The notes beneath the pieces are model-generated. The model saw nothing but the letters and a program-made list of their open reading frames with translations. It was not told the DNA's origin and ran no database searches. Shown piece by piece: positions 1 through 9,924 of a stretch of 53,800 bases of DNA. The stretch lies in assembly GCA_044353425.1 (NCBI GenBank), contig JBILBZ010000001.1:1-53800 (forward strand), in the 5' to 3' direction. The DNA comes from Ilumatobacteraceae bacterium (GTDB lineage Bacteria > Actinomycetota > Acidimicrobiia > Acidimicrobiales > Ilumatobacteraceae). Every line of letters begins with the position of its first letter. Position 1 is the first letter of the stretch. The position numbers and the translations under genes are program-made.

Positions 1-2
1 GA

Positions 3-806
3 TCCTTTGAACAAGTGCAGGCTTGTTTTGTCGATGCCGCAATGCGAACGAGTGGCCATGTTGTTGTGAATGCCGATGATCCACAAAGTCGTGTGGTGCT
101 TGAGGCTCCCTTGCCGCACCAAGGACTGCGAACGTTTGGACGTTCATCTTCTGCTGATGTGCGAATCAATGCAGTGGAGTCATCGGACGATGGCATCAAC
201 ATGTCGTTAGAAATTGACCGCCAACAAGTCTCGTGCTTTTCTCCATTGCGTGGCGAGCACAATGCAATGAATATCGCAGCAGCTCTCGCAATGGCAACGT
301 GCCTTGGTGTCGATGCAGTGACTGCTTGCTTGGCGGTTTCCTCGTTTGCAGGTGTGGCGCGGAGATTCACTGAGCGCGGCATGTTTAACGGTGCCATGCT
401 GATTGATGATTATGCGCACCTGCCTGCAGAGATTGAAGCTGCAATTGCTGCGGTTGTCACGCACCCCTTTCGTACGGGTCAGACAATCGCAGTGTTCCAG
501 CCAAACCGATATCACCGCATTGCAGTAATGGCCGAAACTTATGCTGATTGCTTCCGTGCTGCAGACGTCGTTGTCGTGACGGATGTGTACGCCTCAGGGA
601 CTGCATTTATCGAAGGCGTCACAGGCGAACTTGTGGTGAACGCGATTCGTGCTTCACATCCGAATGCTCAGGTGGTGTGGGCGCCCACTCGTCAAGACAT
701 CGTGAATGTCGTGGCTGAGATGATTACACCTGGAGATGTGTGTATCTCGATGGGGTGTGGAGACATTGAAACCTTCCCTGATGATCTGCAGAAGGCGGCA
801 CAGTGA
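3..806 (+). CDS. murC: UDP-N-acetylmuramate--L-alanine ligase, C-terminal portion (5' end lies outside the window)
   Basis: The frame is open to the window edge. It carries the Mur-ligase C-terminal pattern (LIDDYAHLPAEIEAAI, FQPNRYHR) and sits directly upstream of murB-ftsQ-ftsZ. Confidence 0.85.
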   Translation, partial: SFEQVQACFVDAAMRTSGHVVVNADDPQSRVVLEAPLPHQGLRTFGRSSSADVRINAVESSDDGINMSLEIDRQQVSCFSPLRGEHNAMNIAAALAMATCLGVDAVTACLAVSSFAGVARRFTERGMFNGAMLIDDYAHLPAEIEAAIAAVVTHPFRTGQTIAVFQPNRYHRIAVMAETYADCFRAADVVVVTDVYASGTAFIEGVTGELVVNAIRASHPNAQVVWAPTRQDIVNVVAEMITPGDVCISMGCGDIETFPDDLQKAAQ

Positions 807-1834
807 TGGCACATGCAGGCCTCGATGCCCTGATTGCTGAACTGCAATCAACTGGCGTACAAGTTGATGTCAATCGCCCTCTGAGCAATCTCTCGACATA
901 TGCAGTTGGGGGTAAGGCCGCTGCATCGGTGACAGTGTCTGCCTTGCATGATGTGGAAACTCTCGCCTCAGTGACTGCTCGATTTCGAAATGTTCCGGTG
1001 CATGTCGTGGGTCGTGGCAGTAACACGTTGATTGCGGACAATGGTGTGGATGGGCTAGTGGTGTTTGTGTCCGCTCCTGCTAACGAAGCGGTGATTGACA
1101 TTGATGGTGACGATGTGATCGTCGCTGGTTCAGTCACCATGCCAGTTTTGGCACGCCGCTCTGTGAAGGCCGGCCGAGGTGGACTCGAGTGGTGCGTGGG
1201 CATCCCCGGCAGTGTGGGCGGTGCCGTACGTATGAATGCAGGAGGCCATGGCGCCGAGATGGTGGACACGTTGCAGTCAGCTTTAGTGGTGTCATTGCGT
1301 TCAGGGAAATGCATGCCAGTTCCTGCGGCCCAGTTGGGGATGCATTTTCGGGGCTCTGCGCTTGCTTCTCATCACATCGTGGCTGCGGCGAAATTGAGAA
1401 CAACCAGTTGCGAGGTGTCGGAGGGGCAGAAGGAACTCGATGCCGTCGTTGCTTGGCGTCGAGAACACCAACCAGGCGGACGCAATGCAGGTTCTGTCTT
1501 TGTGAACCCTGCACCAGGCGAGGGAAGTGCGGGCGCGCTCATTGATTCTTGTCAACTGCGCGGATTTCAAGTGGGCGAGGCCCGTGTTTCTGAGAAGCAT
1601 GCAAATTTCATTCAGGCCTCTGATGGCGCAACTGCATCGGACATCGTTGCGGTGATGTCACATGTGCAAGACACGGTGCTGAACACTCATGGAGTTCTTT
1701 TGCGAAGTGAAGTGTGTCTTCTGGGTTTTGATGAAGCCATCATGAATCGTTTCGCTGACCCACGTCACAACGACTCTGATCGAAGAGAAGCCAGCAATGC
1801 CTTGGCGCTTTTGATGGGCGACATCGATGAGTGA
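803..1834 (+). CDS. murB: UDP-N-acetylenolpyruvoylglucosamine reductase
   Basis: FAD-binding N-terminus (LSTYAVGGKA, VVGRGSNTL) and MurB C-terminal motifs (AGSVFVNP, SEKHANFI). The ATG at 806 overlaps the murC TGA, so the start is probably 806. Confidence 0.9.
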   Translation: MMAHAGLDALIAELQSTGVQVDVNRPLSNLSTYAVGGKAAASVTVSALHDVETLASVTARFRNVPVHVVGRGSNTLIADNGVDGLVVFVSAPANEAVIDIDGDDVIVAGSVTMPVLARRSVKAGRGGLEWCVGIPGSVGGAVRMNAGGHGAEMVDTLQSALVVSLRSGKCMPVPAAQLGMHFRGSALASHHIVAAAKLRTTSCEVSEGQKELDAVVAWRREHQPGGRNAGSVFVNPAPGEGSAGALIDSCQLRGFQVGEARVSEKHANFIQASDGATASDIVAVMSHVQDTVLNTHGVLLRSEVCLLGFDEAIMNRFADPRHNDSDRREASNALALLMGDIDE

Positions 1835-2990
1835 TTCTCGCGATGGTCGCGATCCCGATGAAGTCACGGAAGAAATTTCTGTCACGGAAGTCAGCGATGA
1901 AGTGTTGCGCGAATTATCGGACCTCTTCGGACCGACAAAGGGTGTGCAGCGGCCAGTAGCAAATACACCAACCGTTGAAGATGCGACAGAAGATTTGACG
2001 CCGCTGAATGCCGAAGTTGTTTCCATCTCTTCAGATCAGCCGGATGTCTCAGATGGATATCGCGCTGATGTCATCGTGATCGGTGGCGCCGACGAACATG
2101 ACCTCACCCCCGCTCCAGCTGACCCATTGTTGAAGCCGCTTGCCCGCGGTGCCGACGTCATTGAAATGTCAGATGACAGTGGTGGCACTGTCGTGATTGA
2201 TGATCAGGACGGTGACCGTGTGGTCATTGTGGAAGACGATCGTCCCGATCCACGATTCGATGAGCGCCAACGTCGCCGAAAGCGCCGTGAACGCCTTCGG
2301 CGGGTGAAGTGGCTCAAGTTGGGTGGATTACTTGTTGGCGTCATCGTTATCGTCATGGGCATTTTGGCGTCGCCACTTTTTGCTATTCGCAGCTTGGACT
2401 TTGAAGGCGTGGTGTACACCTCGCCAGAAACAATCGAGAAGGTAACCGACGGCATGCAGGGTGCATCGGTCTTCACGGTTGACATAGCAAAGGCTCGGGA
2501 ACAGCTTTTGAAAGACCCGTGGGTGGCCGAGGTACGTATTACTACTGATTTCCCGAATGGGGCGCTTGTCGAAGTTGCTGAGCGAGTTCCTGTGGTCTGG
2601 TACCTCGGAGCAGACCAGAAGGCGCGAGTCGTTGACGCTCGCGGTCATGTCATCACGGTGCTGACCGGATGGCCTACGAAGTATCTCCAGGTACGAGGGC
2701 AGGGCCCCGACCTTGAAGCCGGTGCGGTGGCTGATGACGTATTCCGTGCTGCGGCTCAGTTGGTCCTAGCCCTTCCCCCGGAGATTCGACCGAAGGTGAA
2801 AGCGTTAGACCTCACAGGCGGCGGGGAACTCTCCATGATTCTCAAGGGCGGGACCGTTGTTCGTTTTGGACCACCATCTGACCTCAAAGACAAGTTGGTG
2901 AAGGTTGTTGTCCTCTTCCGTCGTCAAGACCCTGCCACCTTGGCAGTTGTTGACGTTTCGACGGGTGAACCGACGATTCAACAGCGCTAG
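1827..2990 (+). CDS. ftsQ: Cell division protein FtsQ (long acidic cytoplasmic N-terminus, one TM segment, POTRA domain)
   Basis: An acidic low-complexity region of about 165 aa is followed by an Arg cluster ([11 protein letters not shown]) and a TM helix ([18 protein letters not shown]). A POTRA-like segment follows ([17 protein letters not shown]). The gene lies between murB and ftsZ and overlaps murB by 8 nt. Confidence 0.8.
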   Translation: MSDSRDGRDPDEVTEEISVTEVSDEVLRELSDLFGPTKGVQRPVANTPTVEDATEDLTPLNAEVVSISSDQPDVSDGYRADVIVIGGADEHDLTPAPADPLLKPLARGADVIEMSDDSGGTVVIDDQDGDRVVIVEDDRPDPRFDERQRRRKRRERLRRVKWLKLGGLLVGVIVIVMGILASPLFAIRSLDFEGVVYTSPETIEKVTDGMQGASVFTVDIAKAREQLLKDPWVAEVRITTDFPNGALVEVAERVPVVWYLGADQKARVVDARGHVITVLTGWPTKYLQVRGQGPDLEAGAVADDVFRAAAQLVLALPPEIRPKVKALDLTGGGELSMILKGGTVVRFGPPSDLKDKLVKVVVLFRRQDPATLAVVDVSTGEPTIQQR

Positions 2991-3100
2991 TAGGGGAACT
3001 ATCAGGGCTTCGAGAGCGCAATTCCCACAAAAACGGCGTCCACTGTGGAAACATTGACGCACACAGTCCTTATTGGACGTTTCTTCGGAGGAAATGGCTC

Positions 3101-4207
3101 ATGGCCGGAGCACCACAGAACTATCTCGCTGTCATCAAAGTTATTGGTGTCGGCGGCGGCGGCGTCAATGCCGTCAACCGCATGATCGATGCCGGTCTGC
3201 GCGGCGTTGAATTCGTCGCTGTTAACACCGATGCTCAGGCATTGTTGATGAGCGACGCAGACGTCAAGCTTGATATTGGACGAGACCTCACCCGTGGACT
3301 TGGTGCAGGGTCAGACCCGGATGTGGGTCGTGCTGCAGCAGAAGCACATCGTGAGGAGATTGAAGAACTCATCAGTGGTTCCGACATGGTCTTTATTACT
3401 GCGGGCGAAGGCGGCGGTACCGGAACTGGTGCAGCGCCAGTCATCGCAGAGATTTCTAAATCTGTGGGCGCACTCACCATTGGTGTGGTGACACGTCCGT
3501 TCCAGTTTGAAGGTCGCCGTCGTGCTGTTCAGGCAGACAATGGCATCCAGCGCCTCAAGGAAAAAGTCGACACGTTGATCGTGATCCCGAACGATCGCTT
3601 GCTCACGGTTGCAAACGACAAGACATCTTTGGTCAATGCGTTCAAGATGGCTGATGAGATTCTCTTGCAGGGTGTCGCAGGCATTACGAATCTGATTACG
3701 ACACCTGGTTTGATCAACACTGACTTTGCTGACGTCAAGATGATCCTGACCAGTGCTGGATCGGCACTGATGGGTATCGGAATTGCAAGCGGAGACAAGC
3801 GTGCAGTGACGGCAGCGAGAGATGCGATCTCAAGCCCAATGCTTGAAGCAGCAATCGATGGCGCTCGTGGAATCTTGCTCAACATCACAGGCCCATCCAG
3901 CATGGGTCTGTTTGAAGTTAATGAAGCCGCCGAAGTGGTACATGCAGTTGCTCATCAAGACGCGAACATCATCTTCGGTACCGTTATCGACGACGAGATG
4001 GGTGATGAAATCAAGGTCACTGTCATCGCTGCTGGTTTTGAACGCTGGGACTCTTCAGCAGGCGGTAATGCTGGGTTCGGCACTCGCACCAGTGGTTCAC
4101 GTCCAAGTGAATCGCGTCCCGCTAGCAACGTGCGCGACATCTTCTCCGACTCTGACCCATTGGCAGATGACGATGACGATTTCGATGTTCCTTCGTTCCT
4201 GAAGTAG
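3101..4207 (+). CDS. ftsZ: Cell division GTPase FtsZ
   Basis: Tubulin signature [15 protein letters not shown]-terminal [17 protein letters not shown], and the conserved C-terminal peptide [20 protein letters not shown] Shine-Dalgarno sequence lies about 8 nt upstream. Confidence 0.98.
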   Translation: MAGAPQNYLAVIKVIGVGGGGVNAVNRMIDAGLRGVEFVAVNTDAQALLMSDADVKLDIGRDLTRGLGAGSDPDVGRAAAEAHREEIEELISGSDMVFITAGEGGGTGTGAAPVIAEISKSVGALTIGVVTRPFQFEGRRRAVQADNGIQRLKEKVDTLIVIPNDRLLTVANDKTSLVNAFKMADEILLQGVAGITNLITTPGLINTDFADVKMILTSAGSALMGIGIASGDKRAVTAARDAISSPMLEAAIDGARGILLNITGPSSMGLFEVNEAAEVVHAVAHQDANIIFGTVIDDEMGDEIKVTVIAAGFERWDSSAGGNAGFGTRTSGSRPSESRPASNVRDIFSDSDPLADDDDDFDVPSFLK

Positions 4208-4216
4208 AGACTTCTC

Positions 4217-4864
4217 GTGATCGACCCACATGAGGTCGCTCTTCGAGTGCAACAGATTCGTGAAGAGGTCGCTCAGGCGAGCTCGACTCCTGTTTCCATT
4301 ATCGCTGTAACCAAAACCTTTGGTCACGACGCAATTCGCGCAGCAGTGATTGCTCATTGTGATGCAGTGGGGGAGAACTACGCCCAGGAAGTGCTGGCAA
4401 AGGTTGCTGAAGCACCGATTGACTTGCCGGTGCATTTCATTGGTGCAATTCAGTCCAACAAGGTTCGCCAATTAGCCCCCTACATCTCGTTGTGGCAAGG
4501 GGTCGACCGACTGTCGGTGATCTCAGAGCTTGGGAAGCGTGCCCCGGGGGCGGAAATCCTCCTGCAGGTGAATACGACGAACGAGGACTCCAAGTCCGGT
4601 GTTGCTCCCGCGGAGGTCGAGTCATTACTGGCAGCTGGGCAGGACGCAGGATTAGTGGTGAGGGGTCTGATGACGATTGGTCCAACATCGGGCAACGCGG
4701 GGGATGCTGAGAGGGCATTTTTGTCCTTGCGATCATTGGCTGATTCGTTGCATCTTCCCGAGTGCTCCATGGGAATGTCGGATGACTATCTCGTGGCGGT
4801 CGCGTGTGGATCCACAATGATCCGCATCGGCAGCCGGCTCTTTGGCCCCCGAACCACGCACTGA
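4217..4864 (+). CDS. yggS: YggS/YlmE family pyridoxal-phosphate homeostasis protein
   Basis: Motifs AVTKT (PLP lysine), GENYAQE, HFIGAIQSNK and SMGMSDDY...IRIGSRLFG. GTG start. Confidence 0.9.
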   Translation: MIDPHEVALRVQQIREEVAQASSTPVSIIAVTKTFGHDAIRAAVIAHCDAVGENYAQEVLAKVAEAPIDLPVHFIGAIQSNKVRQLAPYISLWQGVDRLSVISELGKRAPGAEILLQVNTTNEDSKSGVAPAEVESLLAAGQDAGLVVRGLMTIGPTSGNAGDAERAFLSLRSLADSLHLPECSMGMSDDYLVAVACGSTMIRIGSRLFGPRTTH

Positions 4865-4942
4865 AAAACACTCGGGAGCACTACTCAAAACTTGGCCTCG
4901 GAACTCCCACATACGAATGCACGAGTGCATTAGCCTTTCAGC

Positions 4943-5470
4943 ATGTCGTTTCTCCGTAAAGCAATGGATTATCTAGGTCTCAATGGCGATGAGGCATATG
5001 ACGATTACGACATGTCGATGGAATATGAGCGTCCAGCGCGCCCACAACGTCAAGCATCGAGCCCCGAACCTCTCGCACGTCGTGGTGGATACGATCCCGA
5101 ATACTCATCGGAGACGCAGCGTCCTGCACCACGCTCTGCCCGTGTTGACGACACAGGCGCAACTCGTCGCCCCGATGATTCTGGTTTGCAGGTTCGTCCC
5201 ATCGGTGCGCCGCGCACTGCTCCAACAGTTCGTCCTGTTCCCGCAGTAGGCGACACAGTTACTGTTCGTCCGCGCAACTTCAATCAAGCACAAGAGATCG
5301 CTGATCACTTCAAAGAAGGAATTCCAGTAATTGTGAATCTTGAAGGTGCTGATCGTGAGATGGCTCGTCGTGTCATCGACTTTGCAAGCGGCATGTGTTA
5401 CGCACTCAGCGGCACAATGGAAAAAGTGGGCACCGGCGTGTACCTGTTGAAGCCAGGTGGCGGCTACTAA
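4943..5470 (+). CDS. sepF: Cell division protein SepF
   Basis: N-terminal amphipathic MSFLRKAMDYLGL, a disordered Pro/Arg-rich linker, and a C-terminal SepF core (VRPRNFNQAQEIADHFKEGIPVIVNLEG...RRVIDFASG). Confidence 0.9.
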   Translation: MSFLRKAMDYLGLNGDEAYDDYDMSMEYERPARPQRQASSPEPLARRGGYDPEYSSETQRPAPRSARVDDTGATRRPDDSGLQVRPIGAPRTAPTVRPVPAVGDTVTVRPRNFNQAQEIADHFKEGIPVIVNLEGADREMARRVIDFASGMCYALSGTMEKVGTGVYLLKPGGGY

Positions 5471-5485
5471 GTAGCTAATTCCGAC

Positions 5486-5722
5486 ATGATTATCGCTCAA
5501 CTCATTCAGCTCTACGTCTTCATCATTTTCGCTCGTGCGATTTTGTCGTTCTTTCCAATTCGTTACGACAGCCCTCTTGCACCTGTTGTCGCGTTCTTGG
5601 ATCGCGTCACCGAGCCAGCACTTGCCCCAATTCGTCGCGTGTTGCCCCCTATGGGCGGCCTTGACCTTTCTCCGCTTGTTCTCATTATCGGACTACAAGT
5701 TCTCGCTTCAATTTTCATTTGA
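5486..5722 (+). CDS. yggT: YggT family membrane protein
   Basis: A small two-TM protein with ARAILSFFP and LDLSPLVLIIGLQVL, in the usual position after sepF. Confidence 0.85.
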   Translation: MIIAQLIQLYVFIIFARAILSFFPIRYDSPLAPVVAFLDRVTEPALAPIRRVLPPMGGLDLSPLVLIIGLQVLASIFI

Positions 5723-5783
5723 TAACTCACTGAATCCATTGAGGTTCCGTGGGCAGAGGTGGCCAGCGCCCTAGCCTTACTGC

Positions 5784-8700
5784 GTGACATATCCGCAGGT
5801 CGATCCTCAACCGAACTTTCCACGTCTTGAAGAGGGCGTCCTTGCTCGGTGGGAACGCGACCAAACTTTTGCTGCAAGTGTTGCCGCACGTGATGCAGGC
5901 ATCAACGGTGACAACGAATTCATCTTCTACGACGGTCCACCTTTCGCCAATGGACTTCCGCACTATGGCCATCTTCTCACTGGCTTTGTGAAGGATGCAG
6001 TTCCTCGCTACCAAACGATGAAGGGCCGTCGAGTTGAGCGTCGCTTCGGATGGGACTGTCACGGTCTTCCTGCAGAGGTGGAAGCTGAGAAAGAACTTGG
6101 CATCGCCGGACACCCAGCAATCACGGAATTCGGAATTGACAAGTTCAATGACGCATGTCGTACCAGTGTGCTTCGCTACACCGATGAATGGCAGCGATAC
6201 GTCACGCGTCAAGCGCGGTGGGTCGACTTTTCGAATGACTACAAGACTCTGGATACGCCATACATGGAAAGTGTCATGTGGGCGTTCCGCACATTGTGGG
6301 ACAAGGGACTCATCTATGAAGGTTTCCGTGTGCTCGCTTATTGCTGGCGTTGTGAGACGCCGTTAAGCAATACAGAAACACGTATGGATGACGTGTATCG
6401 CGATCGTCAAGATCCTGCGCTCACCGTGTCGTTTCAATTGGAGACAGGGGAGAAGATCCTCGCCTGGACAACAACTCCATGGACTCTTCCTTCAAACTTG
6501 GCGCTCGCTGTTGGTCCCGATGTTGACTACGCCGTTATGGCGCATCCAGATGGCAGCAAGTACATCCTCGCCGAGGCTCGCCTTGGCGGTTACGAGAAAG
6601 AACTCGAAGGTGCTGAACAAGTAGCGACCCTGAAGGGTGCAGAAATCGTTGGTCGTCGGTACACGCCTCTGTTTCCATTCTTTGCGGATACGGAGAATGC
6701 CTTCCAGGTCTTGGGTGCAGAATTCGTAACAACCGAAGACGGTACTGGCGTTGTGCACATGGCTCCTGGGTTTGGTGAAGACGACCAGAATGAGTGCAAC
6801 GCTGCTGGCATTCCGACTATTTGTCCGATGGATGAACATGGTCAGTACACCGCAGAGATCACGCCGTGGGTCGGTCGCCATGTCTTTGATGCAAACCCTG
6901 ATGTCATCAAGGCCCTCAAGGAGATGGGTGTCGTCATTCGTCACGACACGTATAACCACAGCTACCCGCATTGCTGGCGCTGTGCGGAACCGCTCGTGTA
7001 TCGCGCAGTGTCTTCGTGGTTTGTGCAGGTCACAGCATTTCGTGACCGCATGGTGGAACTGAACCAAAACATCAACTGGACTCCTGAACACATCAAAGAT
7101 GGAACATTCGGTAAGTGGATTGGCAATGCGCGCGACTGGGCAATTAGCCGCAACCGATTCTGGGGTTCCCCTATTCCGGTGTGGAAGAGCGATGACCCGA
7201 CATATCCACGCATCGATGTGTATGGCTCGATTGAAGAATTAAGCAAGGACTTTGGTGTCGCAGTCACTGATCTGCATAGGCCCGGTATCGACAACCTGGT
7301 GCGACCAAACCCTGATGACCCAACGGGGAAGTCAATGATGCGTCGCGTCCCTGAAGTTCTCGATTGCTGGTTCGAAAGTGGCTCAATGCCATTTGCTCAG
7401 GTGCATTATCCATTTGAGAATCGTGATTGGTTTGAAAACCATTATCCCGGCGACTTCATCGTGGAATACATCGGGCAAACGCGCGGATGGTTCTACACAT
7501 TGCATGTGCTTGCAACGGCTCTTTTTGATCGTCCTTCATTCGTCTCTTGTGTAAGCCACGGAATTGTCCTTGGTGACGATGGCGCAAAGATGTCAAAGAG
7601 TCTGCGCAATTACCCTGACCCAATGGGTGTATTTGACTCCCATGGTGCCGATGCAATGCGTTGGTATCTCTTGTCGTCACCCATTCTGCGCGGTGGAGAT
7701 TTTTCGGTCACCGATGTCGGCATGCGTGACACTGTGCGACAAGTGCTCTTACCACTCTGGAACTCGTATTACTTCTTGTCCCTGTATGCCAATGCAGAAG
7801 GCAAGACAGGTTCAGTTCGCACTGATTCGAAGAATGTTCTTGATCAGTATGTGCTGTCAAAACTGGCCGACACCGTTGACAATGTCAGCACTTCGATGGA
7901 CACGTACGACTTGTTCGCTGCGTGCCAGACAATCCGTACATTCCTTGATGTGTTGACCAATTGGTACATCCGTCGAAGCCGCGATCGTTTTTGGGCTGGC
8001 GATCAAGATGCCATTGATACTTTGCACACGGTGCTTGATTACGTCACGAAGATTGCAGCGCCACTCTTGCCTCTCATTACTGATGAGATCAGCGCAGGCT
8101 TGAACGGTTCTGGAGCTCCGAGCGTGCATCTTGCCGACTGGCCCACCTCGGCTTCATTGCCGCGTGATGTAGCGCTCGTTGCATCGATGGATATGGTGCG
8201 TGACGTCTGTTCATCAGCATTGTCTGTTCGTAAAGCTCATAGTCGTCGAGTTCGTTTGCCTTTGGCATCACTCACCGTTGCATCTCCCAATGCGTCGTCT
8301 TTGCAGAACTTCCTCGACATTGTCAAAGATGAGGTGAATGTTCGAGAGGTGCTGCTCACAGCCGACGTCGATGCTGTGGCTTCACATGAGTTGCAAGTTG
8401 TGCCAGCTGTTGTCGGACCGCGTCTCGGACCAAATACACAAAAGGTCATCGTGGCTGTGAAGAAGGGTGAATGGACTCAAGAAGGCGAGACCATCCTCGT
8501 CGCAGGCGAGACTCTGCAGCCCGGTGAGTACGCGCTCAAACTGGTCACGAAGTCCGACTCTGCCAGTGCTCCATTGCCCGGAGGAGCGGGTGTTGTTCTT
8601 CTTGATATTCATCTCACTCCTGAATTGGAAGCCGAAGGTCTAGCTCGCGATGTGGTACGTGCGGTGCAACAAGCCCGTCGAGATGCGGACCTGAACGTCT

Positions 8701-8879
8701 CTGATCGGATTGTTCTGACATTGGGTGCCGAACCTGCTGTACAGGACCAGTTGGCCCCCCATGAGGGTCTGATTGCGGGGGAAACCCTTGCTGTGGAAGT
8801 GGTGTGGAACTCAAGCCTTGAACGCACTGTGGCCATTGAAGGTACATCCATCGCTGTACTTGTTGCTGTTAGCCGTTGA
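5784..8879 (+). CDS. ileS: Isoleucine--tRNA ligase (long actinobacterial/eukaryote-like type)
   Basis: Class I HIGH region ([15 protein letters not shown]), KMSKS ([14 protein letters not shown]) and the CP1 editing region. Length is 1031 aa. The GTG start has no obvious Shine-Dalgarno sequence. Confidence 0.97.
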   Translation: MTYPQVDPQPNFPRLEEGVLARWERDQTFAASVAARDAGINGDNEFIFYDGPPFANGLPHYGHLLTGFVKDAVPRYQTMKGRRVERRFGWDCHGLPAEVEAEKELGIAGHPAITEFGIDKFNDACRTSVLRYTDEWQRYVTRQARWVDFSNDYKTLDTPYMESVMWAFRTLWDKGLIYEGFRVLAYCWRCETPLSNTETRMDDVYRDRQDPALTVSFQLETGEKILAWTTTPWTLPSNLALAVGPDVDYAVMAHPDGSKYILAEARLGGYEKELEGAEQVATLKGAEIVGRRYTPLFPFFADTENAFQVLGAEFVTTEDGTGVVHMAPGFGEDDQNECNAAGIPTICPMDEHGQYTAEITPWVGRHVFDANPDVIKALKEMGVVIRHDTYNHSYPHCWRCAEPLVYRAVSSWFVQVTAFRDRMVELNQNINWTPEHIKDGTFGKWIGNARDWAISRNRFWGSPIPVWKSDDPTYPRIDVYGSIEELSKDFGVAVTDLHRPGIDNLVRPNPDDPTGKSMMRRVPEVLDCWFESGSMPFAQVHYPFENRDWFENHYPGDFIVEYIGQTRGWFYTLHVLATALFDRPSFVSCVSHGIVLGDDGAKMSKSLRNYPDPMGVFDSHGADAMRWYLLSSPILRGGDFSVTDVGMRDTVRQVLLPLWNSYYFLSLYANAEGKTGSVRTDSKNVLDQYVLSKLADTVDNVSTSMDTYDLFAACQTIRTFLDVLTNWYIRRSRDRFWAGDQDAIDTLHTVLDYVTKIAAPLLPLITDEISAGLNGSGAPSVHLADWPTSASLPRDVALVASMDMVRDVCSSALSVRKAHSRRVRLPLASLTVASPNASSLQNFLDIVKDEVNVREVLLTADVDAVASHELQVVPAVVGPRLGPNTQKVIVAVKKGEWTQEGETILVAGETLQPGEYALKLVTKSDSASAPLPGGAGVVLLDIHLTPELEAEGLARDVVRAVQQARRDADLNVSDRIVLTLGAEPAVQDQLAPHEGLIAGETLAVEVVWNSSLERTVAIEGTSIAVLVAVSR

Positions 8880-8945
8880 GTTACCCCCTTTCGGGTCGTA
8901 GCCTCTCGGGGCAACACGAGCGAAAGTTCGTTGAAGGAGATCATC

Positions 8946-9908
8946 ATGGCAACCAAGAAGAAGGCCCCCGCGAAGAAGGCGCCCACAAAGAAGGTGGCAT
9001 CGAAGGCTCCGGCAAAGAAGGCCGCGCCTGCGAAGAAGTCTGCTCCAGCCAAAAAGGCTCCAGCGAAAAAGGCTGCTCCAGCCAAGAAGGCTCCAGCTAA
9101 GAAATCTGCTCCTGCGAAGAAAACTGCAGTAAAGAAGGCGGCGCCTGCGAAGAAGGTCGTTGCCAAGAAGGCTCCAGCAAAGAAGGTTGTCGCGAAGAAG
9201 GCGCCTGCGAAGAAAGTCGTTGCCAAGAAGGCTCCAGCAAAGAAGGTCGTGGCTAAGAAGGTTGTCGCCAAGAAGGCTCCGGCAAAGAAAATTGTTCCCG
9301 CAAAGAAAGCTGCAGCTCCAAAGGTAGAGCCAAAGAAGGCAACCCCTGCTCCCAAGGTCGAACCAAAGAAGGCTGATGCCAAGAAGGCCGCTTCTCCTGC
9401 GGTGAAGACGGCAGCAGTCGTCGCACCATTGCCGCCAGCAATGCCGCCACGGATCCCCATTAAAAAGGTTGAGCCGCCAAAGCGTCATGTGATCGTCAAG
9501 GGTGAATCGAAAGATGGCATCACAGCCACTAAAGATTTCGATATGAAGTTTCTACTCTCGCAGCGTGAGTTGTTGAACGACGAGCGCATCAAGTTGGTTG
9601 GTCAAGCAACCCGCCTTGAGAATGAAGCGAACGCGATGATTGCGGATGCCGAGATGGGCGACGTGCAGTTCGATGATGAAGGCGGCGAAGGCGACACCAT
9701 GGTGGTGGAGCGCGAGCAGGACCTCACATTGTCGGCTTTTGCTCGTCAGACAGTGGAAGAGATAGATGCTGCTCTTGCTCGTATGAAGATTGGCGAGTAC
9801 GGCTACTCCAGTGTGTCTGGTTCACCAATTCCTCGTGAGCGTCTCAAGGCATTGCCGTGGGCGACCGAGTTGGTGACCGAGCGTGCTGGCGGATTGGGCC
9901 GCCGTTAG
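8946..9908 (+). CDS. Lys/Ala-rich (histone H1-like PAKKA repeat) protein with a C-terminal DksA/TraR-like domain lacking the zinc-finger cysteines
   Basis: About 150 aa of AKKAPAKK-type repeats are followed by a coiled-coil-like segment with an acidic patch (DDEGGEGD). The protein ends in YGYSSVSGSPIPRERLKALPWATELVTER, which aligns to the DksA YGYCxxCG...LCxxC finger. The preferred start is ATG 8946, with AGGAG 6 nt upstream. The track ORF starts at TTG 8931. Confidence 0.75.
   Translation: MATKKKAPAKKAPTKKVASKAPAKKAAPAKKSAPAKKAPAKKAAPAKKAPAKKSAPAKKTAVKKAAPAKKVVAKKAPAKKVVAKKAPAKKVVAKKAPAKKVVAKKVVAKKAPAKKIVPAKKAAAPKVEPKKATPAPKVEPKKADAKKAASPAVKTAAVVAPLPPAMPPRIPIKKVEPPKRHVIVKGESKDGITATKDFDMKFLLSQRELLNDERIKLVGQATRLENEANAMIADAEMGDVQFDDEGGEGDTMVVEREQDLTLSAFARQTVEEIDAALARMKIGEYGYSSVSGSPIPRERLKALPWATELVTERAGGLGRR
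9141..9260 (+). repeat. Two tandem, in-frame 60-bp units (4 mismatches by my count) within a longer degenerate 12-15 bp AAGAAGGC(N) periodicity spanning about 8955-9400
   Basis: Direct comparison of 9141-9200 and 9201-9260: gcgcctgcgaagaaGgtcgttgccaagaaggctccagcaaagaaggtTgtCgcGaagaag versus ...aagaaAgtcgtt...aaggtCgtGgcTaagaag. Confidence 0.85.
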
Positions 9909-9924
9909 GTCGCCCAGATTCTCC

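Noticed and set aside
2991-3100. Promoter for ftsZ in the ftsQ-ftsZ spacer (TTGACG at about 3054).
   Set aside because: No acceptable -10 hexamer lies at 16-18 nt spacing; TATTGG is only 11 nt away. I cannot support a specific promoter call without transcript mapping.
5723-5783. Possible T-box-type leader upstream of ileS (GGTGGCCAGCGCC resembles the T-box GGTGGTACCGCG core; actinobacterial ileS genes are known to use translational T-boxes).
   Set aside because: The spacer is only 61 nt. The match to the conserved T-box core is poor beyond GGTGG. UGGC would pair with a GCCA tRNA end rather than the ACCA expected for tRNA-Ile. I could not build a Stem I with an AUC specifier. A covariance-model scan (Rfam RF00230) over 5600-5800 would settle it.
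8609-9488. Two long minus-strand ORFs (283 aa and 225 aa) with striking FFAGAF / LLRRR repeats opposite the end of ileS and the Lys/Ala-rich gene.
   Set aside because: They are mirror-image products of the AAGAAGGC repeat DNA, which is free of stop codons in several frames. The + strand frame has a Shine-Dalgarno sequence, continues into a recognisable DksA-like domain, and fits the operon.
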